Origin: an uncultured virus (IMG/VR IMGVR_UViG_3300031278_000001)
Lineage: Duplodnaviria > Heunggongvirae > Uroviricota > Caudoviricetes
Direction: 5' to 3' (one strand)
Length of the DNA stretch: 64,000 bases
IMG/VR virus record: IMGVR_UViG_3300031278_000001
Within the stretch, counting starts at the first letter, position 1; the number at the start of each line of letters is the position of its first letter. Shown here one piece after another: positions 10,089-19,016 of the stretch. A program made the translations under genes and the position numbers. The notes beneath the pieces were generated by a model, which saw only the letters and a program-made list of their open reading frames with translations, did no database searches and had not been told where the DNA came from.

Positions 10089-10727
10089 TTATTTCTCTAA
10101 TATATCATCACATTCAGGGCCTTGCAATCTTACTATTTCATCCGGAACTCCAACAATTTTACCCCTAGTATTAAGAAACATCTTCTTATATCCACCCTTT
10201 CCCCTATCAAAGGCTATAAGAAATTTACCATAATTATTAAGATTATCATAAGCAAATTGTTTCTGAAATACCATAGATCTCAATAAACTAATATGAATAT
10301 ATTCCCAAGTTTCTTGTGCAGAACTCCAATATACAATACTTTGTCCCAAAGGTAAATTTCTCTTCAAAGCTTCGTCCATAATCCATCTTTGAACTTCAAG
10401 AATAGAAGCTTCTTTAGGTATAAAGTCAGCAGCACCAACACCAAATTGATAAACCTCTGGATCTAAAAAAGAATGATCTGTAGCAGAACAAGGATCATAT
10501 TCATCGTCCTTAATCATAAAATCATTAATTTCTTTATTCCGGACACCTGAAATTATAACACATTTACCAAATTTATTAGCTATAGGTTGCATTATATCAT
10601 TTGCATGTTTTTTTATCAACCAAATTTGCACATCATTTATACTGACATAACCCTGCAATAAAAAACTCCATAAATAATCCTTCAACCAAAAATCCTTAGA
10701 GATTTTTATATTAACATCTTTCTCCAT
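10089..10727 (-). CDS. Peptidase M15-like (D-Ala-D-Ala/endolysin-type) metallopeptidase
   Basis: IISGVRN, S.TDH, GAADF and YIHIS motifs. Confidence 0.75.
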   Translation of the reverse strand: MEKDVNIKISKDFWLKDYLWSFLLQGYVSINDVQIWLIKKHANDIMQPIANKFGKCVIISGVRNKEINDFMIKDDEYDPCSATDHSFLDPEVYQFGVGAADFIPKEASILEVQRWIMDEALKRNLPLGQSIVYWSSAQETWEYIHISLLRSMVFQKQFAYDNLNNYGKFLIAFDRGKGGYKKMFLNTRGKIVGVPDEIVRLQGPECDDILEK

Positions 10728-10740
10728 ATTTCTTATACCT

Positions 10741-12194
10741 GGTTTACAAAACCTACCAAAATTAATAAGTTTTGAAGGACGCCTTTCTTCGCCCAGTTAA
10801 ATTGTTAAACATTTAAACTCCCAGAGACCAGTTCTTTCTGGAAGATTTTACTTGTGGGATTCCCGCTCACATAACAGAGATTATCACAATCTTCTTTTAG
10901 AGATTGCATTCTACTCTGAAGTCCTGTAAGGACAGCTTTCCGATTATCTCTCAATGTTCTCCATAAATACCAGGAATGAATTCGTTTTGTCTCTCTTCCT
11001 ACAAGGTTCAAGACTAATTCCTTCACCAATTTTGATGGGTACTTATAAAGAGATAACTTCTCATTAAACCCTAATCCTCTTCTTGCAATAACATAAGCAG
11101 CAGACTCATGAATAGATAAATTATACATTTGTTGATATTTAAGTTTTCCAATTACAGATGTAAATGCTGGATTGACTTTTTTATACATAATTCCGTTTTC
11201 AATACATTTTCGTTCAAGCAGTGTTAATAATTTCTTCCATACAAAATTGCTTTTAATGCGATTGAATCGTTTTCCCTGATTTTCAAACTCTTTTTTAAAT
11301 TTCAAATTTTCAAATATAATTCCTTTATTATTTTCAAGTGCGAATTTGATTATCTGTTTCACAAGGCATCCTATCTCATAATCTCTTTTATTTGTTGAAG
11401 CAAAAAACATTCTATTATTAACTACAGTAAAAGATTTGACCAAATTCCCATCATTGTTTATATTAGAAATTGCAATCTTGTCGGGATTTATATCTGCACC
11501 AATAACTCCATTTGAAAAATCAATCACCATTTCTGGATTTTCTACTTCATAATCAATAATCACTCTATAATGTTGTTCATCTTTTTTAAGTAATCGAATA
11601 TTATAAGAAATGCCTAAACCAAATAAAGAGAAAAGTCGTTTTTTAAACTTAACAGGGATAAACAAGTTGTATTCTTCAAATTTTCTGTTACCAATTGTTA
11701 CTCTTAAATAAAAATTACCATTCTTATTTAATAATCTAATATTCGGATTGCCTTTTTTGGTTACATCTCCTCTTGCATATATTTGATTATCTCTTTTAGA
11801 TTTCCACTCAGCATTGGATATTTTACCTTTTATAAGAGAATCCCAATTCTTTTTCCCGCCGAAAATTACTTTTTTGCCTTTGACCCTTATATACAACCCT
11901 TGAGCTTGTTTAACTGCATCTGAAATTTGACGAGTATTTAAAGATTTATATTTTATTTTTATTTGGTTTCTAACTTCATTAAAATTTAATTTATCTTTCT
12001 GAAATCTACAAAAAGCAAATCGATAAGCAGAGGACCAATCTGAAACTAATCGATTGAAGCTGCCAAAATTAGAACTATATATTTCACCATGTATTACTTG
12101 TCTCATATATCTAATTCTTTGTTTTCATCTTTGAAGTATTTTTTGGTTATTTTTGATGTGCATTGGTAATTATTTGGCAACTGTTCTTATACCT
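10741..12194 (-). mobile_element. Non-autonomous IS200/IS605/IS607-type element carrying only tnpB
   Basis: tnpB ORF with no tnpA; ttcttatacct at both flanks (10730..10740 and 12184..12194). Confidence 0.7.
10805..12106 (-). CDS. tnpB: TnpB-related RNA-guided nuclease
   Basis: RuvC-I GADINP, RuvC-II IFENL, VNPAFTS, RuvC-III region HESAAYVIARR; very basic protein. Confidence 0.85.
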   Translation of the reverse strand: MRQVIHGEIYSSNFGSFNRLVSDWSSAYRFAFCRFQKDKLNFNEVRNQIKIKYKSLNTRQISDAVKQAQGLYIRVKGKKVIFGGKKNWDSLIKGKISNAEWKSKRDNQIYARGDVTKKGNPNIRLLNKNGNFYLRVTIGNRKFEEYNLFIPVKFKKRLFSLFGLGISYNIRLLKKDEQHYRVIIDYEVENPEMVIDFSNGVIGADINPDKIAISNINNDGNLVKSFTVVNNRMFFASTNKRDYEIGCLVKQIIKFALENNKGIIFENLKFKKEFENQGKRFNRIKSNFVWKKLLTLLERKCIENGIMYKKVNPAFTSVIGKLKYQQMYNLSIHESAAYVIARRGLGFNEKLSLYKYPSKLVKELVLNLVGRETKRIHSWYLWRTLRDNRKAVLTGLQSRMQSLKEDCDNLCYVSGNPTSKIFQKELVSGSLNV

Positions 12195-13140
12195 CCTTTC
12201 TTTTTAGCATAAGATTAAACTGTTCTAATAACTTCCTAGTCTCTTCAGACTGTTCTTCTAAAGGCAAATCCTTTGTCTCAATATATCTTAAATTGGCCAA
12301 TAATGCTGCCAATCCATACCTCTCTAAAAATTTCCATTGAACATTTCCCGGACTCCAAGAAAGGCTTTGCCTCCATTCTTCACCATACCTCTGCAAATCT
12401 AACGACTCCTCTGAATAAGATTCTTTTCTCTGTTCGTGAACATCTGTAAACTTCTCTGAAATAACATCTAGATCTTCTTCAATTTCTTTCAATTTATTTT
12501 CCAACTTTATTCGAATTGATTCCATCTCCTCAGTTCCTAAAGTCTCTACATATTCATTTAAAATATCTACATCTGTTATATCTCGTTGCAATTCTCCGAT
12601 CTCCATCATGAAATTATTTAAAATATCTTCAGTTCCAGCCCAAACATCAGAATATTGTTCATGAGGATCATACCCCTCCGGAGGAGATTCTGGTTTAATA
12701 ATCCAATCATCACTCCTCAGTAAATATAAAACATCCCCCCTTAATTCTTGCATTCTCTCAGATTGTAAATAATAATTAATAATATGTTCCGAATTACCAG
12801 CCTTTCTCCCCGAAATCCCTTTTAAAAGAGATTGAACATCATCAAAAACTTCTTCCGATATATTGGCAGAGGGTATAATATGAACATCCAAATCAGTTCC
12901 CGGTAAATATTGAGTTGTACCAATAGAACCCGTCAAATGTTCCGATGAGACAATATCATAATAATGATAACCGTTTTCCAGCAAAACCTCATTCAATAAA
13001 AATATAATCTGTTTCTTAATCTCATCACGCAATATAGGAGGATCTTTAGATACATCCCATATTTTACTATCTAAATTTTTCCTCGGATAATCTAAAATAC
13101 TTCCAAAAAATAATTCTTTCATGTTTAAAACACTCTCCAC
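12187..13140 (-). CDS. Pol-beta superfamily nucleotidyltransferase
   Basis: LTGSIG...TDLDVHI motif; helical C-terminus (PGNVQWKFLERYG). Confidence 0.75.
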   Translation of the reverse strand: MESVLNMKELFFGSILDYPRKNLDSKIWDVSKDPPILRDEIKKQIIFLLNEVLLENGYHYYDIVSSEHLTGSIGTTQYLPGTDLDVHIIPSANISEEVFDDVQSLLKGISGRKAGNSEHIINYYLQSERMQELRGDVLYLLRSDDWIIKPESPPEGYDPHEQYSDVWAGTEDILNNFMMEIGELQRDITDVDILNEYVETLGTEEMESIRIKLENKLKEIEEDLDVISEKFTDVHEQRKESYSEESLDLQRYGEEWRQSLSWSPGNVQWKFLERYGLAALLANLRYIETKDLPLEEQSEETRKLLEQFNLMLKRKEV

Positions 13141-13772
13141 ATTAATTTCGCTTCTATTTTACCGCCAAATTTTTCCCCACTAAATATATTAATTTTATTA
13201 TAACTTGCTGTCAGAGATCCCTCTAAATTGAATGGCAAAAAACGTAATCGTGTTTCAGCCACAACACCAGGTCCATTAGATACACCAAACCACAATTTCT
13301 CCCAATCCCAATAATCTATATACCTATTTAACTTTACAGGCTCTTTATCATTGCCAGTGGTAACCAGTTCAAACCTCTCATGATATCCAAATACAATCCT
13401 CTTACCCATAGGAGTACCACATAATTGAGTTAATACCGTAATATGTTTCCCGTCAGAATCAATTGCCATTATCAAATGATTTACAGGTTCTTTCGATATA
13501 TATCTGACAGTATCATATACTTTGGTCGGAGGAACTTCTTTCTTCTTTAACTTTTCAAAAAATCCAATGTTTCCATCAGGAGCATGAATATCTATTGGTT
13601 CATAAATATATTCTGTTTTTATAACAAGTTCCGGATTAATAAAATCAGATATAACATTAAACATTCTTAAAATAAGCACTCCAACCACCATTATAAAAGC
13701 ACATACAATAACAAACCTAACTATAGAAGCACTGGTTTTAATTTTATCCCACACCTCTTTCATTCTATACAT
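13125..13772 (-). CDS. Membrane-anchored protein
   Basis: Single N-terminal hydrophobic helix. Confidence 0.55.
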   Translation of the reverse strand: MYRMKEVWDKIKTSASIVRFVIVCAFIMVVGVLILRMFNVISDFINPELVIKTEYIYEPIDIHAPDGNIGFFEKLKKKEVPPTKVYDTVRYISKEPVNHLIMAIDSDGKHITVLTQLCGTPMGKRIVFGYHERFELVTTGNDKEPVKLNRYIDYWDWEKLWFGVSNGPGVVAETRLRFLPFNLEGSLTASYNKINIFSGEKFGGKIEAKLMWRVF

Positions 13773-13846
13773 CCTAAATCCTCCAAATCCAATTTAATTT
13801 TATTATCTATATTTCTATCTTCATCTTATCTCCTTTGCTGGTTAAA

Positions 13847-14203
13847 TTATGAACTTATATCCCATGCCCTTTTCAAGACTTTTATTATTCCCAGAGTCTC
13901 TTTAGGAAAAATTTTTTCTTCTCCATTACTCCTATTCCATTTAAACTCATAAAAATATAAACCCAAAGCTATATTAGTTTCCGCCGATGATAAATGAAAA
14001 TAACCGGTGCCACTAGCACCTTGAGAAATCACATCAGCCTGCACCGTTAAAATAGCAATATCATCAGAATCATCAGGATCTACTTTCATTATAAACAATA
14101 ATTGGTCTTCATCTATAGGAACAGTATTATTATCTTTATCATATATTGTAGCTGAAAAAGTTACATCTGTAGCCACTTTAAAATCACTTACTTTATAATT
14201 CAT
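13847..14203 (-). CDS. Ig-like (BppU N-terminal-like) virion protein
   Basis: G...F.LSSAETNI..G.YFYE pattern. Confidence 0.55.
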   Translation of the reverse strand: MNYKVSDFKVATDVTFSATIYDKDNNTVPIDEDQLLFIMKVDPDDSDDIAILTVQADVISQGASGTGYFHLSSAETNIALGLYFYEFKWNRSNGEEKIFPKETLGIIKVLKRAWDISS

Positions 14204-14298
14204 TTTTCCTCTATTTTAGCTTGTGTTTTTCTTTGGTATTGTAATTCTTCTAATATTCTATCAGTCTTTCCCATTATATACCTTTAAGGATGAGCTAA

Positions 14299-14472
14299 TC
14301 ATTCTTTTTCTTCTATATTATGATAATTTCTATCTTTGAATTCTTCTCTTTTGCCTTCGTTCCAATCTTGAACTGGTCTATAATAACCGACCACACGAGA
14401 ATAAACTTCAGCCTTTACGGCTAAAACTTTCTCTTTCTTTTCTTCTGCTTTTTCCTTATTTATTTCTTCCAT
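14299..14472 (-). CDS. Stand-alone NrdD C-terminal glycyl-radical peptide (57 aa)
   Basis: Translated by hand: ...EVYSRVVGYYRPVQDWNEGKREEFKDR...; AGGAG RBS. Confidence 0.85.
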   Translation of the reverse strand: MEEINKEKAEEKKEKVLAVKAEVYSRVVGYYRPVQDWNEGKREEFKDRNYHNIEEKE

Positions 14473-14534
14473 AATCTTTCTCCTTTACATCAACGCAACT
14501 ATCATCAAAACTATTAGTAACGGCATATTGCCTC

Positions 14535-14870
14535 CTAAAAGATTGAATCCTTATCGAACACTTGTATTAAAGCCTTTAAAGAATCGTAAGCGTCTCTCAA
14601 TTCTACCCATCTTAAAATTCCTATATCGAATAGGTCTTTCTTTTGTTGAGTTGATAATTCTATTATTAATCCATTAGCTTGATATAAGGTATCTGGCACT
14701 GTTAAAACATTGCGAAGTCCATAGCTTTTTTGTTCTATTATCGTAAGCTGTTCTTGCATTAATGGCATAATAGAATAATCTTCACTAAATGGAATCACTT
14801 GTATAGGTATCATAAACATTATTAAAACTAACAATCCTGCTAAAATTTTCTTTTTCATTTCACCTCCCAT
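14535..14870 (-). CDS. Hypothetical protein with signal-peptide-like N-terminus
   Basis: MKKKILAGLLVLIMFMIP. Confidence 0.6.
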   Translation of the reverse strand: MGGEMKKKILAGLLVLIMFMIPIQVIPFSEDYSIMPLMQEQLTIIEQKSYGLRNVLTVPDTLYQANGLIIELSTQQKKDLFDIGILRWVELRDAYDSLKALIQVFDKDSIF

Positions 14871-15982
14871 ACGCTATTTAAAAAACATTTCATTGTATCT
14901 CCTCCACTTGTATCTATAAAAGTCCAACCCGTATTAGGAGTTGGCAACGTATCTGTTACTATAACAATAGAATCTCCTCCAAGATGATAACCTTCATGTA
15001 AATCTAATATTTGCGGTTTCAATAATCCATTTACAACAAGGGAGTCTTCAATTATGCAATCTCCGTTTACATCTAATCTTGCATTAGGGGTTACGTCATT
15101 AATACCTATCTTATTGGCACTTATTGTTATACCTGGGATTTGATTTGATGCTGTTCCGAATAATAGTTTTCCTGCTCTATTCCTATATACAATATCCCCT
15201 TCTACAGAACCATATACCCATTGATCGGCAGCTTTTACGTATGCAATCCAAGCCTCTTGTCCCACTCCACCACTTCCAATACCCGAAGGTCCAGTTGTTG
15301 GCAAGTTTATCCAACTTGCTGTATTAGATGCCCAAGATGATATGGCAAGTTGCCCAGTACCTACACCGATTTTAGCTTTAGGAGTTGTGATGGAATCGGT
15401 TGCCTCTTGGTATGCGTGGACGCTGTCTCTTATAACTGTATTAGTGTCGAGATATGCCCCAAGAGTATCCCAAATAATTGAATCATTATCGAACCAATTG
15501 TAATTATCATCCAATAAATTAGTAAGTTCTGCTTCTTTATTAAAAAAATTCCAACCATCCACATCTATACTATCAGTATAATCTAAAGCAAAAGTTAAAA
15601 CATAATCCGAAAGAGTATCCCAATCGGTTGTTCCAGAACTATCCGCATAATAAGCATCTACTGATATACCACTACTATCACTATATCCTACTCTGGGTAT
15701 TTCCAATTTAAAAGTTTCTCCCGAAAATATATAAATTGTATCATTATCATATTTTAGACTATCAATAATATTTTTATATTTTGTTGCATTTATTGAATCG
15801 GCTTCAAGATAATGTGCTAACCATTTGCTGTTACTCACATAAACAGTATCATACATGATAGTATTAATCAACATAATAGGGGGGTCCCACATCTCTAATG
15901 AGTCTTCATAAAACCAATTACTTTTTATAACACCAAAACAAAATAATGGTATTAATAACAACAATAAAAATATTTTCTTCAT
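14855..15982 (-). CDS. Fibre-like protein with signal-peptide-like N-terminus
   Basis: MKKIFLLLLLIPLFCFG; KIGINDVTPNARLDVNG fibre motif. Confidence 0.65.
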   Translation of the reverse strand: MKKIFLLLLLIPLFCFGVIKSNWFYEDSLEMWDPPIMLINTIMYDTVYVSNSKWLAHYLEADSINATKYKNIIDSLKYDNDTIYIFSGETFKLEIPRVGYSDSSGISVDAYYADSSGTTDWDTLSDYVLTFALDYTDSIDVDGWNFFNKEAELTNLLDDNYNWFDNDSIIWDTLGAYLDTNTVIRDSVHAYQEATDSITTPKAKIGVGTGQLAISSWASNTASWINLPTTGPSGIGSGGVGQEAWIAYVKAADQWVYGSVEGDIVYRNRAGKLLFGTASNQIPGITISANKIGINDVTPNARLDVNGDCIIEDSLVVNGLLKPQILDLHEGYHLGGDSIVIVTDTLPTPNTGWTFIDTSGGDTMKCFLNSVWEVK

Positions 15983-15999
15983 AATTATATTTCCTCCAT

Positions 16000-16536
16000 T
16001 TAAACTTCCCGGGGAATATTAGCCAATCCCCCTAAAATTTTAACCACAACAGGAAAGGGAAACACTGCCATACCACCGGGAGATGCTTGTAAGGTAATAG
16101 ACAACTCATCTATATTATTCTCCCCCGCTAAATACACTGATCTAGGTTCATAAGAATCACATCCAAGATAAAAAGCATTAGGTATTTGGCTGGGTAATAA
16201 ATGATCTTCTTCCAAATCCAACACATTATTATATACAACGGTTATAATATCTGCAGTCATAGATACAATGAAAGCAAATCCCCATTCATCTACTAATTGC
16301 ATATTACTATGCTTTAACACCGTATCCACATAAATATCATAGGCCTCACATATCACATGATAATTAGTAATAACATTAAAAGTGAAAGTATAACTACCAT
16401 TCTTATTATCAACAGCAGTTGTTCCATTGGAAACAGTGCCAGTTGGATATGCAATTACAGTAGATCCTATTTGAGCATTTCCAAACATATCAAGTACCGG
16501 AACAGTCCGAATTTTTTTATTCATCAAATATTCCAT
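16000..16536 (-). CDS. Probable virion structural protein
   Basis: Beta-rich; DNKNGSYTF motif. Confidence 0.45.
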   Translation of the reverse strand: MEYLMNKKIRTVPVLDMFGNAQIGSTVIAYPTGTVSNGTTAVDNKNGSYTFTFNVITNYHVICEAYDIYVDTVLKHSNMQLVDEWGFAFIVSMTADIITVVYNNVLDLEEDHLLPSQIPNAFYLGCDSYEPRSVYLAGENNIDELSITLQASPGGMAVFPFPVVVKILGGLANIPREV

Positions 16537-16688
16537 TTATTCTCCCATCATGACTATCCTGTTATTAAAATTAAACACTAGATATTCTCTAATCATTTCA
16601 CTTAAAGGTATCTGTTCAACTTTAATAGTGTACCCATCCTCAACAACATGAAGAGAATATTTATCTTCAATCACATTTATACGAAACA

Positions 16689-18425
16689 TTAACCCTCTTC
16701 TTTGAAATTATCCAACACTCTCTTACTAGTATCTACATAATTAAATAAAGATTTAATACCTACATCATCAAAATCATATTTCCTTCCCAATGAATCCCAA
16801 AAATAAGGTAAAACAGAAATCTTCTGTCCTTTTTTTATCATACGAATAAGAATATTTCTACTAGCCGTTTTTGTTCCCGCAATGTTCAAACTAATATCAA
16901 CTCTCTGCTCATCCCCCAGATCCTCCATCCCATACCAAGAAGCTGATAATACTGTCAATTTCAAAAATCTTTTAAGTTCAAATAACTTCTCATCAAGACT
17001 GGAAATCAATTTCTGATAATCATCCCGATTAAACATTGTATGAGTCTTTAACTTCCGGGTCAGAGGCAAATAACCAAGATCAAGACTTTCGCTCTTCACA
17101 AAAGTGGCCATATCGGTTTCTTTATTAATATCATCAGGAGCATGTTGATATTTATGGATCAAATTAGTTATCTCCGCATTTATATGGTCTAACTCAACAG
17201 TGTTCCCTGATTTTTCAGCCTCTTCCCTCTTGCTCACCCATTTATAATATTCCTCTCGGTCCAAGAAAGTAAATTGACTTATAATATCCGGTTCCACTTT
17301 CAGTTGTTCCCCGGACTTACCCTTATTAGGACCTACTGAGGGCAAACCACTCTTATCATTATCAACTTCCTCATCAAAGAAGCTTTCATCTATAATCGGC
17401 AAATCTTCCTCTTTCGGATTATTAGAAGTATCTTCCGAAACAGGATCCTCATTTTTAGGCGCTCCCTTATCAGTATCCGAAAAGTCTTGAGCTGTTTTCT
17501 TTGAAGCTATTTGATCAGAAGATTTATTTTCTTTCCAATTTTCAAAGTTCCGATCATAAGATAATTTAGAATCGTATGAATTCGTAAAAGATTGCCATAA
17601 TTCAACAGTTTCTGCCCCCGATTCCATACTCATATCTTCTTTGAATTTAGTAAAGTCAAGTGAAATTGAAGCATTTACATTCGATTTACCTTTACTCATC
17701 AATTCCACTATCTCTTCATGAGTGGGTTTATATTTGTCATGCAACCAAGATGGAAACATACCAAATTGACAACCAAATTTTTCATCATCATTCATTTTGT
17801 TCCACATTTCATCTATACGAGATCCTAATACTCTTGGGGATAACATTTTTGCTTTAGCTTCTTGTTCCGTCATTTTTACGAATTCTGTTAAAGGAACTGC
17901 AAAATCATAATCTCTATCATCAGAATCTATAAAATGAAATTTCCATGTTTTGTTACCATAAGCAATTCGCACATCTGGTTCCCCACCAGAACTTACTTCA
18001 ATATATCGCTTTGCCATTTTTTGTGCCATTTCAAAATCCTGTCCATCACTTACAAAAGCTGTTTTTTTATCAGCAACCATTACTTCCTCCTCAACTTCCT
18101 TACCAACTTCTTTTTCCTCCACATCACTCTTTCTTATTTGTAAATTCTCTAAACCAGTTCCTTCATACATTGGATCACGAGTACAATCAGCTGCCGGATC
18201 TAAACTTATACCAGTAGCTCCTATATCCGTATACATAAAGGGACCACTCTCAAGAGGATCGTGTATTCGCCTAATAAGTTTCTGAAAAAATATTTCCTCA
18301 GAGTGAGTATCCCTTATAGGGGCCAACAACACATCAAGAATTATTTCTTCTCCCGGCACGTAGGAGGGTACTGTAGGCAGCACCCTCTCATACCTACCGT
18401 GATGTTTTATCCTGCGGTCTTTCAT
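16689..18425 (-). CDS. Acidic modular protein (putative internal head cargo)
   Basis: Modules separated by DKKTA, SKKTA and TKTAS. Confidence 0.6.
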   Translation of the reverse strand: MKDRRIKHHGRYERVLPTVPSYVPGEEIILDVLLAPIRDTHSEEIFFQKLIRRIHDPLESGPFMYTDIGATGISLDPAADCTRDPMYEGTGLENLQIRKSDVEEKEVGKEVEEEVMVADKKTAFVSDGQDFEMAQKMAKRYIEVSSGGEPDVRIAYGNKTWKFHFIDSDDRDYDFAVPLTEFVKMTEQEAKAKMLSPRVLGSRIDEMWNKMNDDEKFGCQFGMFPSWLHDKYKPTHEEIVELMSKGKSNVNASISLDFTKFKEDMSMESGAETVELWQSFTNSYDSKLSYDRNFENWKENKSSDQIASKKTAQDFSDTDKGAPKNEDPVSEDTSNNPKEEDLPIIDESFFDEEVDNDKSGLPSVGPNKGKSGEQLKVEPDIISQFTFLDREEYYKWVSKREEAEKSGNTVELDHINAEITNLIHKYQHAPDDINKETDMATFVKSESLDLGYLPLTRKLKTHTMFNRDDYQKLISSLDEKLFELKRFLKLTVLSASWYGMEDLGDEQRVDISLNIAGTKTASRNILIRMIKKGQKISVLPYFWDSLGRKYDFDDVGIKSLFNYVDTSKRVLDNFKEEG

Positions 18426-18438
18426 ATTGTCCTACAAA

Positions 18439-18648
18439 TTAAAGATCTGATATTTGTACTTCTGAATCATGTCCAATAACTGTGTTGATTAAACCAACAG
18501 AAATTGCATTTGTCTGAACACCACCAGATTTCAATTCTAAAGAAGCTATACTGCCTGAGTATATAACACCATCATAGTAAGTACCCTCTTCATGAGTGTA
18601 AGCCTCATTAGGTGTTTGACTTGAGTTTGCGCTATCTGTATACTGCAT
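18439..18648 (-). CDS. Small hypothetical protein
   Basis: ORF with GGAGG RBS. Confidence 0.55.
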   Translation of the reverse strand: MQYTDSANSSQTPNEAYTHEEGTYYDGVIYSGSIASLELKSGGVQTNAISVGLINTVIGHDSEVQISDL

Positions 18649-18669
18649 AATTAATTCCCTCCATTTTTT

Positions 18670-19002
18670 TCAAATTAGTTTTTCTTTTTGTAAATACTTC
18701 ACAACCCCGGTATAAAAACCGGCATCAAATTTACCCTCTAACCAGGTCATTTCATCTATTAATTCCGATGTCGATGCATCATAATCTATATTATTACCAA
18801 CATCATTTCTCAATCTAAATGATAAATCATCTTTCCAAAAATCGTTCTCCTTATAAACAACCAAAAACTCTTTCATTAGATTTCTGTACTGTTCATGTGA
18901 ACTCTCTATACTGTGTATAAATTCATGTACATGTTCTCTGGCCAACTGACTACCAACATTTATTCCCTCTTTAAACCATTTCTTCTCAATTGCAGAATCC
19001 AT
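18670..19002 (-). CDS. Hypothetical protein
   Basis: ORF in operon. Confidence 0.55.
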   Translation of the reverse strand: MDSAIEKKWFKEGINVGSQLAREHVHEFIHSIESSHEQYRNLMKEFLVVYKENDFWKDDLSFRLRNDVGNNIDYDASTSELIDEMTWLEGKFDAGFYTGVVKYLQKEKLI

Positions 19003-19016
19003 TTTATACCCACTCG

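Noticed and set aside
10805..12106. TnpB as a Cas12-type CRISPR effector
   Set aside because: No adjacent array; flanks look like an IS insertion
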